64,000 nucleotides of DNA from Torpedo marmorata (taxonomy: Eukaryota). Location of the stretch: NCBI GenBank assembly GCA_977017645.1, contig OZ360225.1, positions 4,278,001 to 4,342,000 of the forward strand. The letters run 5' to 3'. Each line of letters begins with the position of its first letter. Positions within the stretch are counted from its first letter, which is position 1. Shown in pieces: positions 1-12,756 of the stretch. Made by a program: the position numbers and the translations under genes. The notes under the pieces are model-generated. The model was not told the DNA's origin. It did no database searches and worked only from the letters and a program-made list of their open reading frames with translations.

Positions 1-53
1 TTGAAAAAGTCTTTTGTTTCTCCATATTATTCCCATCAACATTAAAGACCTAC

Positions 54-144
54 CTCTCATTTGACAGAAGAACATGTCGGTCTGTCATAGTCAGTGTTAA
101 CCAGGGGAAGGTGAAATATTTCAGACATTTCACTTCATCGTTAA
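54..144 (-). CDS. RTTN: Rotatin coding exon 5 (91 nt): (V)[29 protein letters not shown]; gene continues left of the window
   Basis: Acceptor ttttag| and donor |gtaggt. Phase-1 entry matches exon 4. Peptide matches the recalled vertebrate rotatin segment [26 protein letters not shown]. Confidence 0.93.
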
Positions 145-379
145 CTAAAAACAGAAAACACATTGGAACTACTGTGGAAAATAAAATTGTAAAGTTTGCC
201 TATCTACACCAGACATTAATAACATCTTGAATGCCTCGTGCAATGCTTATGGTGGAAGTTAGCCACAGCTACTTATCTTTTGTCTAACAATAAACATACT
301 GGACCCTCTGCAAAAAAGTCTCTCCCCCACCTCCTCCCGATACTGGTAAAATCAAGTTTCTTCTTCCTGTTTGTCCTTT

Positions 380-2300
380 TGTCAAATTTGGGTGTTATCT
401 AAAATGCATCACTTCCCTTTATCCAAATACGAGCCCCACTGCAGACCCAATTCCATGAGAGCTTGGGGTCAAGAAGCATATGTCATAACAGCAACCCTCT
501 TCACAATCTTTCTTGCCCAATTATTGCATTCCATCTACACAACTTCCCCATTGGAATGGACAATCTGCAGGATGAGTGGGAGACTATTCAACCTTTATGA
601 TTTCCACTCCAAAATCACTCCAATCTCAGTCGTCAAGTTACAGGATGCAGATGACACTTTCATGTACATGCCCAATGATTTAACCTCAAACCATCAAACA
701 ATAGGATAGAAAAGACGAGCCTTAAACTAGACATCTAAACAATGACAAATGTCCTTCTCCATCCAACCAATGCCATCAATCACTGTCCTTCAACAATCAC
801 AATCTACGATAAACCCCCAGTTACCATGGATCATTTACCATTTTTTGGGGGGACAATGCTCAGCAAGAGCAGGCATCAAGAACAAAGTTCATCACAGCCT
901 TCATAGGCCATTACAGTCCCCAGCCACTTGAGAAAAGGTGTGCCTGAAGACCAAGTAACTACTTCATGATCCATCAAACAAGAGTGATCCTCGTCATCTT
1001 GTACGCAGAGATGTTGACAACCTGGAACAGACATTTCAAAGCAACGAAGTACAGCCATACCTCGACTTACGCCCGATCGAGTAACGTCCGATCGCAGATA
1101 TGTCCGAGGTCACCATAAGGGCTTAATAAAAAATTTTTAATTTACACCGGGACCGACGTTGGCGGGCATTAGCGGACGTTAAGTTACGCATCATGCATTC
1201 GACACGTGGGCTCAAAAGCCAAAACAAAGCGATTGCGTTGCCAGCCATATAATGGTACACAGTATACACCTAACTTATAGTACAGTACATATATGTAATT
1301 GAAAATGATAATATATGTATGTACTTTTTATTGTTATTGTGTTATTACGTTAATGTGTACTCTCTCTATTTATTACGAAAAAAGCACACCGTACTGTATA
1401 ACATTTTTCTAGTCTCGATAGCATACGAGACACCAACATCTGGCATCAAATCACGTTCCGTGATTCCGGTTTCTTGTTTGCGTGTTATCTGGTTGGCTAA
1501 ATTTTATCTGAAAATATACAGTGCATCATGGCCCCTAAACGCCCCCAAAGCAAGCCTCTGGCAGAATCAAAGAAAAAAAGGCATGCCATCAATTTGGAAG
1601 AGAAGCTAAAGGTGATAAAGCAATATGAAAGTGGTAAAACTGTAAATATTATAGCACCTGACTTGGGATTACCTGTGTATGTATATTTTTATAGGTACTG
1701 TACAGTATTTACATTTTATTAACTATGGTATTTAGACATGTGTATGTACAATCTAGAGGTTTAGGTAAATATGTATGTGTGTCATGGTATCTTATGTTGT
1801 ACAGTATATTTCACCTATAATGATCGACTTACGCCCACATCGATTTGCGTCCCCACTTCCAGAACGTAACCCGGACGGACGCAAATCGATGCGTGGCTGT
1901 ACTATCAATTCATCTTGCAGAGTCGACACAATTCTAGTATCCACATCCAGGCCAACAACCTCAACACAAACTTTCTGATTGTGCTCAACTGATCTGATGA
2001 ACAGAACAGATCGCATGAGACTCCTGAAACAAGCATGCTGCTCCAAGCTCTGTCAAAGCACCATTTCCAGGAAGACAGAAAAAAAAACATCAAGAATATC
2101 CCAAGTCTCCGTAAAGAAATAGAACTTCCTTACTACTAAGGCCATTCAAACCAGCAGAGAAGCAGGCAGGAAGGAAACAACACTTCAAGTCTCTCCATTG
2201 GGAGTACATGGAGCCCAAGTGCAAACATCCCACCAGTCTCCACCCCCTCCAATTATTCGACTTGTGTCAGCAAGGCAACAAGAGGAATTATTCTGCAAAG
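380..2300 (+). mobile_element. Old, degraded RTE-type LINE (RT and C-terminal region), interrupted by a Tigger element at 1052-1899
   Basis: Eroded RT motifs (TLFTIFL, KLQDADD resembling L-F/Y-ADD). RTE-like C-terminal remnants resume after 1901. Boundaries approximate. Confidence 0.5.
1052..1899 (+). mobile_element. Internally deleted Tigger/pogo (Tc1-mariner) DNA transposon
   Basis: Imperfect TIRs CAGCCATACCTCGACTTACG and CGCAAATCGATGCGTGGCTG with flanking TA (1050-1051, 1900-1901). ORF 1528-1722 MAPKRP...KKKRHAINLEEKLKVIKQYESG is a CENP-B/pogo N-terminal HTH remnant. Confidence 0.85.
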
Positions 2301-2845
2301 CTTCCTAAAGTAAACAAGTGCCAACGCACCAAAACTACTCCTGCCAACACCACACCAAAAACATTTTATCACGTCTCTCCCGGCACGGTATGATCGGCCG
2401 TCAACTTTAAATTGAAGGCTGTAAACACAGCAGAATAAGGAAATACAGACCTGCTCACAAGAGTTCCATAGAAAACATAAAAACACATTTTGGAAGGCCG
2501 ATAATATTGATACAATTGCACAAAACATCTTAAAGTGGAGTTGCATTTTCATAATACATATCTGGTACTAACTTGCTGCTAGTTTTAAATGTCCCAACCA
2601 GCATCTCAGTCACTTTTTGCAAGCATTTTTATTGAAGTACAACCTGTCATAGCTGTCAGTACTCAGCCTCATCTTGCTTACAGTGCTCACAGTTTTATTT
2701 TTTGCGGAAGTATTCATAGTTTTTTTTTATAAAAGCATAAAAGTAGATGAAGTCATTAGTATTTCAATTTGCAAGATAGAAATATCCTAACGAAATGAAA
2801 ATACATCTGGATATATCCAAACACACAACATTCCTGAAAACTCAC

Positions 2846-2953
2846 CAACTGCTCTCCGGGGTTGAATTTTATTTGGTTGCACTGGATTGCAGTTGCGTCT
2901 CTGAAAGTAACCAACCACTGTTTCTTGCTCCTCGGGTGGCACAGTTGGCACCA
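2846..2953 (-). CDS. RTTN: Rotatin coding exon 4 (108 nt): (V)VPTVPPEEQETVVGYFQRRNCNPVQPNKIQPRRAV
   Basis: Acceptor tttttacag| and donor |gtgagt. Phase 1 to 1 keeps frame between exons 3 and 5. The GYF motif aligns with rotatin EILTGYFPQ. Confidence 0.85.
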
Positions 2954-4384
2954 CTGTAAAAAGTATAATATACATGAATACATTTAGAGTTAAGTTTTTA
3001 AATGTTGTCCCGTTTTAATTAAGACAGCTTCAATTAGAATTTTCCTTGAACTTTTTTATTTTCAGAATGGAACCAGGCAAAATTAAATGAAGCACTGAAG
3101 GGTCATTAACCTGAAATCTTGACTAATACTCTCTCTGCAGATGTTTTGATTGTTTCCAGCATTTCATGTCTTTGAAACTAATCACTAATGAATTCAGAAT
3201 CCCACACTCCAGAGAAGTAGAAATGGAACCAAGAGAAGTCAGAGGACATTCAACTGGCAAACAGGACCAGATACTCGAGAGAAATCCTCCACCACTGAAC
3301 AAAATTTACGTGTTCAGCATCTTGAGACAGTGCACTTGTACCAACCCAGAGGATGCACAGTGATTGGAATGTAGGTCTGCAGAATATATGATGCAGGTTG
3401 AAATCGTTTTTAGAAACCACATGGTAAATTATGTGCAAGGACTTTAGTTGTGACTGCCTACTCCTGGAAGCATTTTGATGCAGAGACAGCTCATAGCAGA
3501 TCCCAAGCTGAAGCAACATGGCAGACCCATCCACAGGGACATCACAACTAATTCAGCATCTGCCAGATATGGTAAACACGTGCTGGACAACATATTACAC
3601 CGCCACATTCCAAACATTTTGTTGGCTCCCAGTGCCCAAGAAGATGGTCTGTCAGACTGGCAAGGTTCTTTTCAAGGAAACAATCCCTTCAGCAAAAGGA
3701 ACTTAAAATGGACTTCAAAATCAAAGAATATTCTCAGAAGGTTAAATGTAAGACTGATAATATACTGCTCTATTTGTGGCTGAAGTTGGTTTCCCCAGCG
3801 ATTCCTAACAGAATTACTAGCTCATGTTCATAACTGCTATGTATAACTCTTCCCAGCACCATTATGCTGGGGAGCTTCTAGTAAAGTTCAAGGCACCCAG
3901 CAAAAACAGTCTGACAGCCTTTACTTTATAATTATGAACACAGCTATAAAATAACTGCACCAAAAGTAGTTACATAAAGCAATCCCAAGATTTTGAAACA
4001 CAAGAGTATCATTATTAATAATGAGATGGTGTTAACTTTTATGATGCAAGATAGGACAGAAGTGTAGAAGGTGGGACAGAAAGTGTGACCAAAAAATTAG
4101 AATACCAAATTATTTAGTAAAGCTACTTAAATAAATGAATTGCAGTTTTGTATCGTTGACCTGGAATATGATTTTCAGACACAGCAATTCACTAAGGAGG
4201 AGGGGTGTCATGTGGGAAACTTGATTCAGGAGACCTCTACAGCCTTTGGGTGAAATAGCAGTTTAGATTTGGTTGGTGGTTAAGTAAAGCAAATGCGAGA
4301 ACCCACAATGCAGCTACAAGAGCCTCAGTCCTTGACTACGTCCAACAGAAACAAGATACTTTCGGACGCCTGCCGACATTTTTC

Positions 4385-4495
4385 CATACCTTGATTAAGG
4401 GCTCAAGCCGAAATGTTGGTTATGTATTTTTATCTTTGCTATATAAAGGACACTGTTTGACCTGCTGAATTTCTCCAGCATTGTGTTTTTACTAG
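4385..4495 (+). mobile_element. Penelope-type terminal-repeat fragment with degenerate minimal hammerhead-like core
   Basis: CCTTGATTAAGGGCTCAAGCCGAAATGTTGG followed by GACCTGCTGAATTTCTCCAGCATTGTG. Same family as copies at ~14.5 kb and ~53.8 kb. Confidence 0.55.
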
Positions 4496-4639
4496 AAGCA
4501 AAATACTTGTCCCTTTTGGAGAAGAGCAAAGAAGGTAGGAAGGATGGGGAATGTGACTGCAGTACTGCAAAACACAAAGTTATTCAAGCAGGGGCAGTTA
4601 AAAAAAATGTGATTGTGGCAAATAACAGTTTATACAGAG

Positions 4640-5080
4640 CTGAAAAGTACACTTCTCTGCATCTGCAATGAAGAATCTTCAAAGTTGTGTCGCTTGTCTA
4701 GTATAACAACTAAGAACATCTCCTCAGAGTTAGAGAGATCTTTAAGGGAGTGGCAAAGGATCCACTTGCCGTGACCCTTGCAGGAATAAATTACATTGGT
4801 CAATCTAAGAATGAAGTTTTGTTGGAGGAGTTTTGGGTGCTCGGGTTTAAACAGATGGTAAGCTGGTCTGTATTGCAAGGTTGTTGCACAATTGTGAGAA
4901 AGTATTGTTGCATGCATAAATCTTCTATAACTCAAGAATTACTGCATTATGATGCTAAAAAGACCTTTGGACAGATATACAAATAAGAAGGATATGGATC
5001 AAATGCAGGCAAATGGGACGAGCCAATCTGACAGCAAGAACAGTTGGACCAAAGTGCCTGTTGCATGCGATACGACTCTA
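4640..5080 (+). mobile_element. Degraded CR1-type LINE 3' end
   Basis: CR1-like 3' sequence (GGATATGGATCAAATGCAGGCAAATGGGA...GGACCAAAGTGCCTGTTGCATGCG). Confidence 0.5.
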
Positions 5081-5239
5081 TGGAATGATTGCTGGGATAA
5101 ATTGATTGCTCCATGATAAATAATGGAAGGATTGAAAGAAGACCTAAATGCCTTGATTGAAAATAATCAAAGTCGACGTCATTGAAACAAGGGCTAAATA
5201 ACACACCTGCCCATGTACAGAGAACTAAAAATATTTAAA

Positions 5240-5916
5240 TCTAGCAGGATACCCGGCGTTGCCCGGGAAATAAAACACTGTTGTTGACTACATGGTTGAA
5301 ACAAAATACCCAAAAAACTTAATGGTAATTCTGCATGAATATATTTTTTCAAACACAACATTGTAACAGAGATACACGGTTCAAACAAAGTTGACTTTGC
5401 TGTCTCTTGCTTTCTCCTTTGTCTAACTCTATGGGCTTGTGAAGAGCTTCTGCCAATGTTGCTTCGCTTTTTTTGGGCCCATATTGAATTGGGTTTGGCC
5501 ACTTGTTTTTATTCTAAATGTACATTGATGCACAGCACTGTAACTAATTGAGGTGTCCCTGGTGCAAGTTCTTTTTTTTTGTTGAACTTTTGAACTTCAT
5601 ATGACCTTAAAGGTTAAATTCAATGTGGTCATGATATTCAGCATCAAATGTCACCACAATGAGAGTAAACAGTAATGCAAGTCAGTGCATAGTAAATACT
5701 TGCATAATAAACAGTAATGCAAGTCAGCGGAAGCTGGTCAAAAAACACTTTTGAACTTCATATGACCTTAAAGGTTAAATTCAATGTGGTCATGACATTT
5801 AGCATCAAATGTTACTCCTACTGAACCTCCTTGGACATTTCTAGAGTGCTCCATATTGATTTGCATGGAGAACAGACAAACAGACATACATGCACAAATA
5901 TATATTAGAAGAGGAT
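5240..5916 (+). mobile_element. Helentron/DINE-1-like non-autonomous rolling-circle element
   Basis: Starts TCTAGCAGGATA with palindrome CCCGGCGTTGCCCGGG. Internal ~63-bp direct duplication (~5589 and ~5750). Ends with CAGA-type microsatellite and ATATATTAGAAGAGGAT. No TSD seen. Confidence 0.55.
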
Positions 5917-5995
5917 TAAAACTACGTACCAAATAATATGATGCTCACTCCCAGTATAAGACGTCATAAGTTTAATATTAACCTGCACCAATTAC

Positions 5996-6191
5996 CTTTG
6001 TCAGAGGATTTTAAAGGCTGTGACTGATAGGCAATAGCTGATCCAACATCCACAATTGTATCAGGCAGTTTAAGCAGATCATCCATAATCTCATCAATGC
6101 AGACCTGAAGATTTGGCTCCACATTGGGTCGCAGTTGTGCTAGAAATTCCAAAGCTCCAATTTCTCGAAATATTTGAGACACTGACGAATA
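5996..6191 (-). CDS. RTTN: Rotatin coding exon 3 (196 nt): YSSVSQIFREIGALEFLAQLRPNVEPNLQVCIDEIMDDLLKLPDT...SSDK
   Basis: Acceptor ctttaaag| and donor |gtaatt. Phase-0 entry after codon 73. GALEFLAQLRPNVEPNLQ matches rotatin GAVEFLSKLRSNVEPNLQ. Confidence 0.95.
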
Positions 6192-6789
6192 CTTTAAAGC
6201 CGAAAAATTAAAAATAGATGTTAGATTGACAACGTAGACTTTATTCTTGAAAACATTCAGCAAGTCAGGTAGCAACTGTGGAAAGAGGGACAAGAGTTAA
6301 TGTTTCAGGTCAGGCAAAATCCACAGATGTTGCCTAAGCTGCTCAGTGTTTCCAGCATTTACAGTTTTTTTTTTGTTTGTTTTTTTTCAATTTTTAGGTC
6401 TTATTCTTCCTCGTTTTGTCATTGCAACCTAAACTGACATGACTAAAATAGTGCATGACAGAATTTTACAAGGCAACAGCAAAGCTGCCCAATCAGGAAC
6501 TTCACCTTGACTACATCAGGGCTTGCTTCCAACATCATGTGCACCTTTCTTTGTTTGCTACCCACAAACCAGCTTTAAAATTTTACATTATACCCAAATT
6601 CTATGATATGTTTAAACAAAATTTCTTTAATTTTAACTTACTTGTTCTGCAGTTGGCAGAACAGTCCACGCTGCAATTGTTGTCTTAATGATTCAATATT
6701 GAAAAATACAATTCTCCATATTTCTGACACCCTTAACCCTTTCTGGTAGAGAGGTCAGCCTTGGCTTAGCATCTCCACTCTCATTTTTG

Positions 6790-7102
6790 TTTTTTGTTTT
6801 TTTTAAATTATTTTATTTAAACTTTTAAATCACAAAATACATAAAATAAAATATATAATCATCAAAATACATGTGATACATTTTCACCCCCCCCCCACCT
6901 CCCTCCCTTCCCTAACCCCCCATCCCCACTAATCTAGTAATATAAGTAAAAATAAAAATAGAAAAAGAAAAAAAAAGAAAGGAAAAGATAGTATAAGGGG
7001 AATATCATCTATAAACTAATTCTATCACGGAGGTCAAATATGCCAGTAGATCCGATATCCAGAGATCTTCAAATCCTTAAACCCACAGCTCTCATATATG
7101 GG
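6790..7102 (-). mobile_element. Short 5'-truncated L1-type 3' end
   Basis: 17-bp TSD CTCCACTCTCATTTTTG at 6773-6789 and 7103-7119. A-rich tail and G-tract 3' UTR like the other L1 copies in the window. Confidence 0.85.
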
Positions 7103-7224
7103 CTCCACTCTCATTTTTGGAGGTCAGGGTTTCAAACCTCTCTTCAGAGATCAAAATACATAATCCAAATTGAAAATTTAGTTCTGAAGTGACAAGGTGC
7201 AATATTCCAGACAATGAGATGGAT

Positions 7225-7510
7225 TGATCGGGCTGATAATAAAAAGCTAGAATATCTGAATCTAAGCTCCAGGTTGGTCCCAGGATAATGAATTTCCTTA
7301 TTCATAAATTTGTAAATCTTTGCAATTCTCCAACTCAAGTGGGCTGTGGGTGCTCAATCACTGAACACATTCAAGGCTGAAAATGCATTTCTGGACACCA
7401 AAGGAATCAGGAAGCAAGATATTGGCTGGCTGGGAAAAACAAAATCCTGAGACCTGATTTTATTTGACAGAAGGTCAGGCTTGAGAGGCTGTAATGGCCT
7501 ATTTCTGTTG
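7225..7510 (+). mobile_element. Degraded CR1 3' fragment
   Basis: CR1-like tail (CATTCAAGGCTGA...CAGGCTTGAGAGGCTGTAATGGCCTATTTCTG). Confidence 0.45.
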
Positions 7511-7711
7511 CCCTTAATATTTTTGCATGCTTAAACAAAATAATTAAAAATTATTTTTCTGATCATTAGTCTCATTACTGTTTGTTGGAGTGAATGTGTA
7601 AAAATTAGCTGTGACATTTCCCTATATTTTTGAAGTGAAAATAATCTATAACATCTTGTTGGCCTTGATACACTTGAGAAATTATGAGATCAAAGAGATG
7701 CCACATAAAGA

Positions 7712-9150
7712 GAAGCGAACTAGCCGGAGTGCTCACGGACATTTTCAACCTCTCATTGCGGCAGTCAGAGGTTCCCACCTGCTTCAAAAGGGCATCAATC
7801 ATCCCGGTACCCAAGAAGAGTAGTGTGGGCTGCCTCAACGACAACCGCCCAGAAGCACTAACTTCTACTGTGATGAAATGATTTGAGAGGCTGGTCATGG
7901 CCAGAATTAACACGTACCTAAGCAAAGATCTGGACCCACTGCAATCCGCCTATTGTCACAATCGCTCCACAGCAGATGCAATATCGCTAGCTCTCCACTC
8001 AGCTCTGGATCACCTCGAAAACAGCAATTCATACATACGGCTGCTCTTCATAGACTACAGCTCAGCCTTCAATACCATTATTCCCTCAGTGCTGGTCAAG
8101 AAGCTACAAACTCTAGGCCTCTGTACCCCCCTCTGCAACTGGATCCTTGACTTTCTCATCGAACGACCACAGTCAGTACGAATTGGAAACAACGTCTCCT
8201 CCTCACTGATTATCAACACAGGCGCACCCCAAGGATGCGTGCTTAGTCCACTGCTCTACTCGTTATACACCCATGACTGTGTGGCCAGGCACAATTCCAA
8301 TGCCATCTACATGTTTGCCGATGACATCACAGTTGTCGGCAGAATCACAAACGGCAATGAGGAAGCGTACAGGAGGGAGATAGATCAGTTCGTTGAATGG
8401 TGTAATGACAACAACCTTGAGCTCAACGTCAGCAAAACCAGGAGATGATTGTGGACTTCAGGAGGAAGTCAGGGGAACATGACCCAGTCCTCATCGAGGG
8501 CTCAGTAGTGGAGAGGGTCAAGAACTTCAAATTCCTGGGTGTCAACATCTCCGAGGATCTGTCCTGGAGCATCCACGTTGATGCAATCACAAAGGCTCGT
8601 CAGCAGCTATACTTTGTGAGGTGTCTGCGGAGATTCGGTATGTCACCAAAGACTCTCATAAACTTCTACAGGTGTACCGTGGAAAGCATTCTGGCTGGTT
8701 GCATCACTGCCTGGTATGGAGGCGCTAACTCCCAGGACAAGAGTAAACTCCAGAGGGTTGTTAACTCGGCCTGTGACATCACAGGCACCAAACTTCACTC
8801 CATCGAGGACATCTACATGAGGCGGTGTCTTAAAAAAGCAGCCTCTATCCTCAAAGACCCCCACCACCCAGGCCATGCCCTCTTCACTCTGCTTCCAATG
8901 GGAAAAAGGTACAGGAGCCTAAAGACGAGCACTCAACAGCACAAGGACAGCTTCTTCCCCGCTGCCATCAGATTCCTGAATAATCAATGAACCAAAGACA
9001 CTGCCTTACTTTTCGTGCACTATTATTTATAATTTTTTGTGGTAATGTCGTAATATGGTTAATATGAATGTTAATTACACTGTGATGCTGCTGCAAAACA
9101 CCGAATTTCATGACTTGTTCATGACAATAAATTCTGATTCTGATTCTGAA
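7712..9150 (+). mobile_element. 5'-truncated Rex1/Babar-type LINE, RT disrupted by a stop and a frameshift
   Basis: ORFs 7684-8990 with [51 protein letters not shown]. 3' end ATGACAATAAA followed by (ATTCTG)n. Confidence 0.9.
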
Positions 9151-9427
9151 CAAGATTTTGCTTTCCTTGTCTTTTATGGTCTCGCTGGTCTTCAAAAGAG
9201 ATAGATGAAAAATTCAAATTTTACTTTTACAATAAGCAAAAGATAAACAAGTACAGAAGCTGCAGTCATGTTCTTTCCCTATTTGCTCATTATGAGAAGA
9301 AAAGAGAATGAAATGAATTCTGGCTGGAGGTGAGCAGTAACTGCTATTACATTTCCAACTACTTAACATGGCAAATGTATATTTAGCCATTACATTCCTG
9401 ACATTACATCTCTGATGTATGGGCCAC

Positions 9428-10982
9428 CCTAAGTGGGTGAATGTACGGAAGGCAGCTGGTCCGGATGGCATACCTGGCCGTGTGCTTAGAGCCTGTGCAG
9501 AACAGTTGGCCGGGGTCTTTATGGACATTTTCAATCTGTCCCTAACCCAGGCAGTTGTTCCAACGAGCTTCAAGATTGCTACCATCATGCCAGTGCCGAA
9601 GCATTCTACCGTTATGAATCTGAATGATTACCGTCCAGTTGCACTCACCCCCATCATCGCAAAGTGTTTTGAGAGGCTGGTCTTATCACATCTAAAATTC
9701 TGTTTGCCTTCCACCATGGACTCTCATCAATTTGCCTACCGTATCAACAGGTCGACCGAGGATGCCATTTCAACAGCACTCCACTCTGCTTTGACTCACT
9801 TGGACAGCTCTAACTCCTATGTCAGAATTCTGTTCATTGACTTTAGCTCGGCTTTCAACACTGTGATTCCCTCCAAGCTGATCACAGAACTTTGTCTGCT
9901 GGGTATCAACTCATCCCTTTGTAATTGGATTTTGGACTTTCTAACTAACAGACCCCAATCTCTTAAGGTAGGCAATCTTTTCTCTTCCATTCTTACCTTG
10001 AGTACTGGCGTGCCCCAGGGTTGTGTGTTGAGCCCTCTTCTGTATTCCTTTTTACCTCCGACTGCGTTCCTGTACATAGTACTAATTCTATAATCAAGTT
10101 CACAGATGACACCACGGTGGTTGGCCTGATCAGAGGGGATGATGAAACGGCCTATAGGGATGAGGTCCAGCACCTGGCCTTGTGGTGTGTCGACAACAAC
10201 TTGACACTCAACACTCAGAAGACCAAGGAGATCATTGTGGACTTCAGGCGTGCTGGAAGCCACACTCACATCCCGATTTATATCAATGGAGTTGAGGTGG
10301 AAAGTTTATCGAGCTCTAAATTTCTTGGTGTCCATATTTCCGAACATCTCACCTGGTCCCTGAATTCTTCAATTCTGATTAAAAAGGCACAACAGCGTCT
10401 TTATTTTCTGCGGAGCATGAGGAAGGTACACATCTGTCCCAGGATATTGCTGGATTTCTATAGATGTACCATTGAGAGCGTACTAACATATGGCATCTTG
10501 GTGTGGTATGGCAACTGTCTTGCACAAGACTGCAAAGCACTCCAGCGGGTGGTGAAAACTGCCCAGCGGGTTATTGGCATCCAATTGTCCATGATCAAGA
10601 ACATCTATAGGGAACGGTGTCTGGGCAGGGCGAGGAACATCACGGACTTTTTACTCTTCTCCCATTGGGCAGGCACTACAGGAGCCTTCGCTCGCATACC
10701 AGCAGGCTCAAGAAGAGCTTTTTTCACGAGTCTGTGACCCTGATGAACATTGAATCGCAGCGCTGAGTGGTACTGCACTCATATTGTAATATCAGTACTT
10801 TTACAATAGTTTGTTTGTTGAATAGGTTTGTTGTTGGTTTTAATTGCACATGTTTATTTGTGATGTATATAGCACTATCTTTTTTTTAACTTACGGTTAG
10901 ACGCTAATTGTATCTCATTGGCTTGTTTTGCACTGGTACAATGACAATAAAGTCAAGTCACGTCAAGTAAAGTCAAGTCACC
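9428..10982 (+). mobile_element. Second 5'-truncated Rex1-type LINE (different subfamily)
   Basis: [44 protein letters not shown]. Ends ATGACAATAAAG followed by an (AAGTC)n-like tract. Confidence 0.9.
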
Positions 10983-11522
10983 TTTATCTGTCGTTCATTA
11001 CCATATACACAGTAAGACGAGATAGCGTTTCTCCAGGACCATGGGCAGATGTACATAAATATCATAATACAATAGAAAAAACTATAGCATGCTAATACTA
11101 TATGCGAAATATGAATACATGCTAAAGTGTATCTAATCTAATCAGATTTGCTGATAATTCATGTGTACTCACCAAGAAAATTGATACTGAAGCCCTTGCA
11201 AATTAATCCGGTTTTAACTGCAGTTCATAATGGAGCTTCAACCAGAAAAACATGCAGGAATTCAAAACACTGTAAATCACACCATATCTATTTCACCGAC
11301 AGCACAACTCACCAAGCTTACAGGAACAGATAGGCCAGTCAAACTCACCATTTGGAAGGGTCAACATTAAGCACATTGCCAGGGTCCTTTTCTTTGTCTC
11401 GTTGTTCCGTAATTCCATTTATAGTTACAAACTAAAGGTCAACTGTATTCATTCTACTTCCCAAATACCTAACAAATTTATGTGATTCTTCTTCAATGAT
11501 TCCCCTTACACAAATAACTTAC

Positions 11523-11710
11523 CTTCACAAGTCGACTACATAGCTTGAGTACATCTCCTTGCATCGGCACACACTGGAAGTTGAACCATTCAAATAGTCG
11601 AACAAAAAGGCTCTTTTCTTGTGCCAAATCAATAATAGAAATCAATCCATGATCAATTTTGCACAAAATATTCTTCAGGGCTCGAACTCTAATTTCCACC
11701 AGCTGATGAC
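11523..11710 (-). CDS. RTTN: Rotatin coding exon 2 (188 nt): (G)[62 protein letters not shown]
   Basis: Acceptor ctttttgcag| and donor |gtaagt. 31+188 nt = 73 codons. Strong match to the rotatin N-terminal domain. Confidence 0.97.
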
Positions 11711-12756
11711 CTGCAAAAAGGAGAGTAAAAGCCGAGATCTATTTTGATCATTTGTTTCTAGATGATCATTTAGGGTGGTAACGCACGAACTATCAACTTT
11801 TCAAGCTGCAGGGATAAAGTAAATGGGGAGCGCTGTGCCCTCCTCCATTTCTATACTCCATAGAGTAAACGATCCCTAATTCAAGGGAACTTGGGAGCTG
11901 CTACCCCTCATTTCCAATGGATTTGGGAACCAAACCACTAACATTACATGGCAAGATAGAGCCCAAATAAATACACAAATGTGACACACAAAAATAATCA
12001 CTTGTCTTGGCAGGAAATGAATGTGCAATATCAATTCAAGAAATTGAAATTATGGAGGGGAGCAGGGATAGGGTGTAAATGAAGCTCTTATAAAACTTAG
12101 CTCATGATACAGCCACATATCAGAGTCAATTTCAATTGCCAAAGTGCTGAATATTACACCCCCAGTTAATTGGATCTCCATTACAGGACACTTGAGCACT
12201 TCAGTTTAGAACATAATTTGAAACATTCAAACATAACTGCAAGCAGTCTGTAACTTTGTGATAAATAAAAGTAGAACTTTACTAATATTGATCTATCTTT
12301 ACAATGCAAAAAGCTCAGCTACCAGAACACCTAGCCAAGATCATCTTATGTTTAAACAGCATGCTACAAAGTTTGGAAGTGGATATCTGCATCTTATAAA
12401 ATATGGGTCAATCAGTGTAGCAAGAAGGAAGGAGTAATTTTCTGCCTCTACAAAAATCCTATTGAGTTGCATCTTCCTGGTTATAGCTAGTTGTTCTGAA
12501 GAAAACAACTTGTGTTCAATTGTTTCCTCAAAGTCCAGGCTGGTAAACCTGGGGGTGGGGGGGATGTAAACTTAGCATGTTACTCTACTCCATTTATGGA
12601 TGCCAAATAGACTCCAACAACATGACTTAGTACAGCTGGGATTGTCCAGTATTACGAGGAATTGCTTCTTCAATCACACACCAAGTCAAACCTAGCATAC
12701 GGTTGTCAATGTATATACTTGAATCGAACTCTTGGTCTACAGAAGAAATGTAATTA

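Noticed and set aside
6755-7220. Old Deu-domain SINE hosting the short L1
   Set aside because: Weak resemblance to a tRNA-like SINE head only; cannot be supported without alignment.
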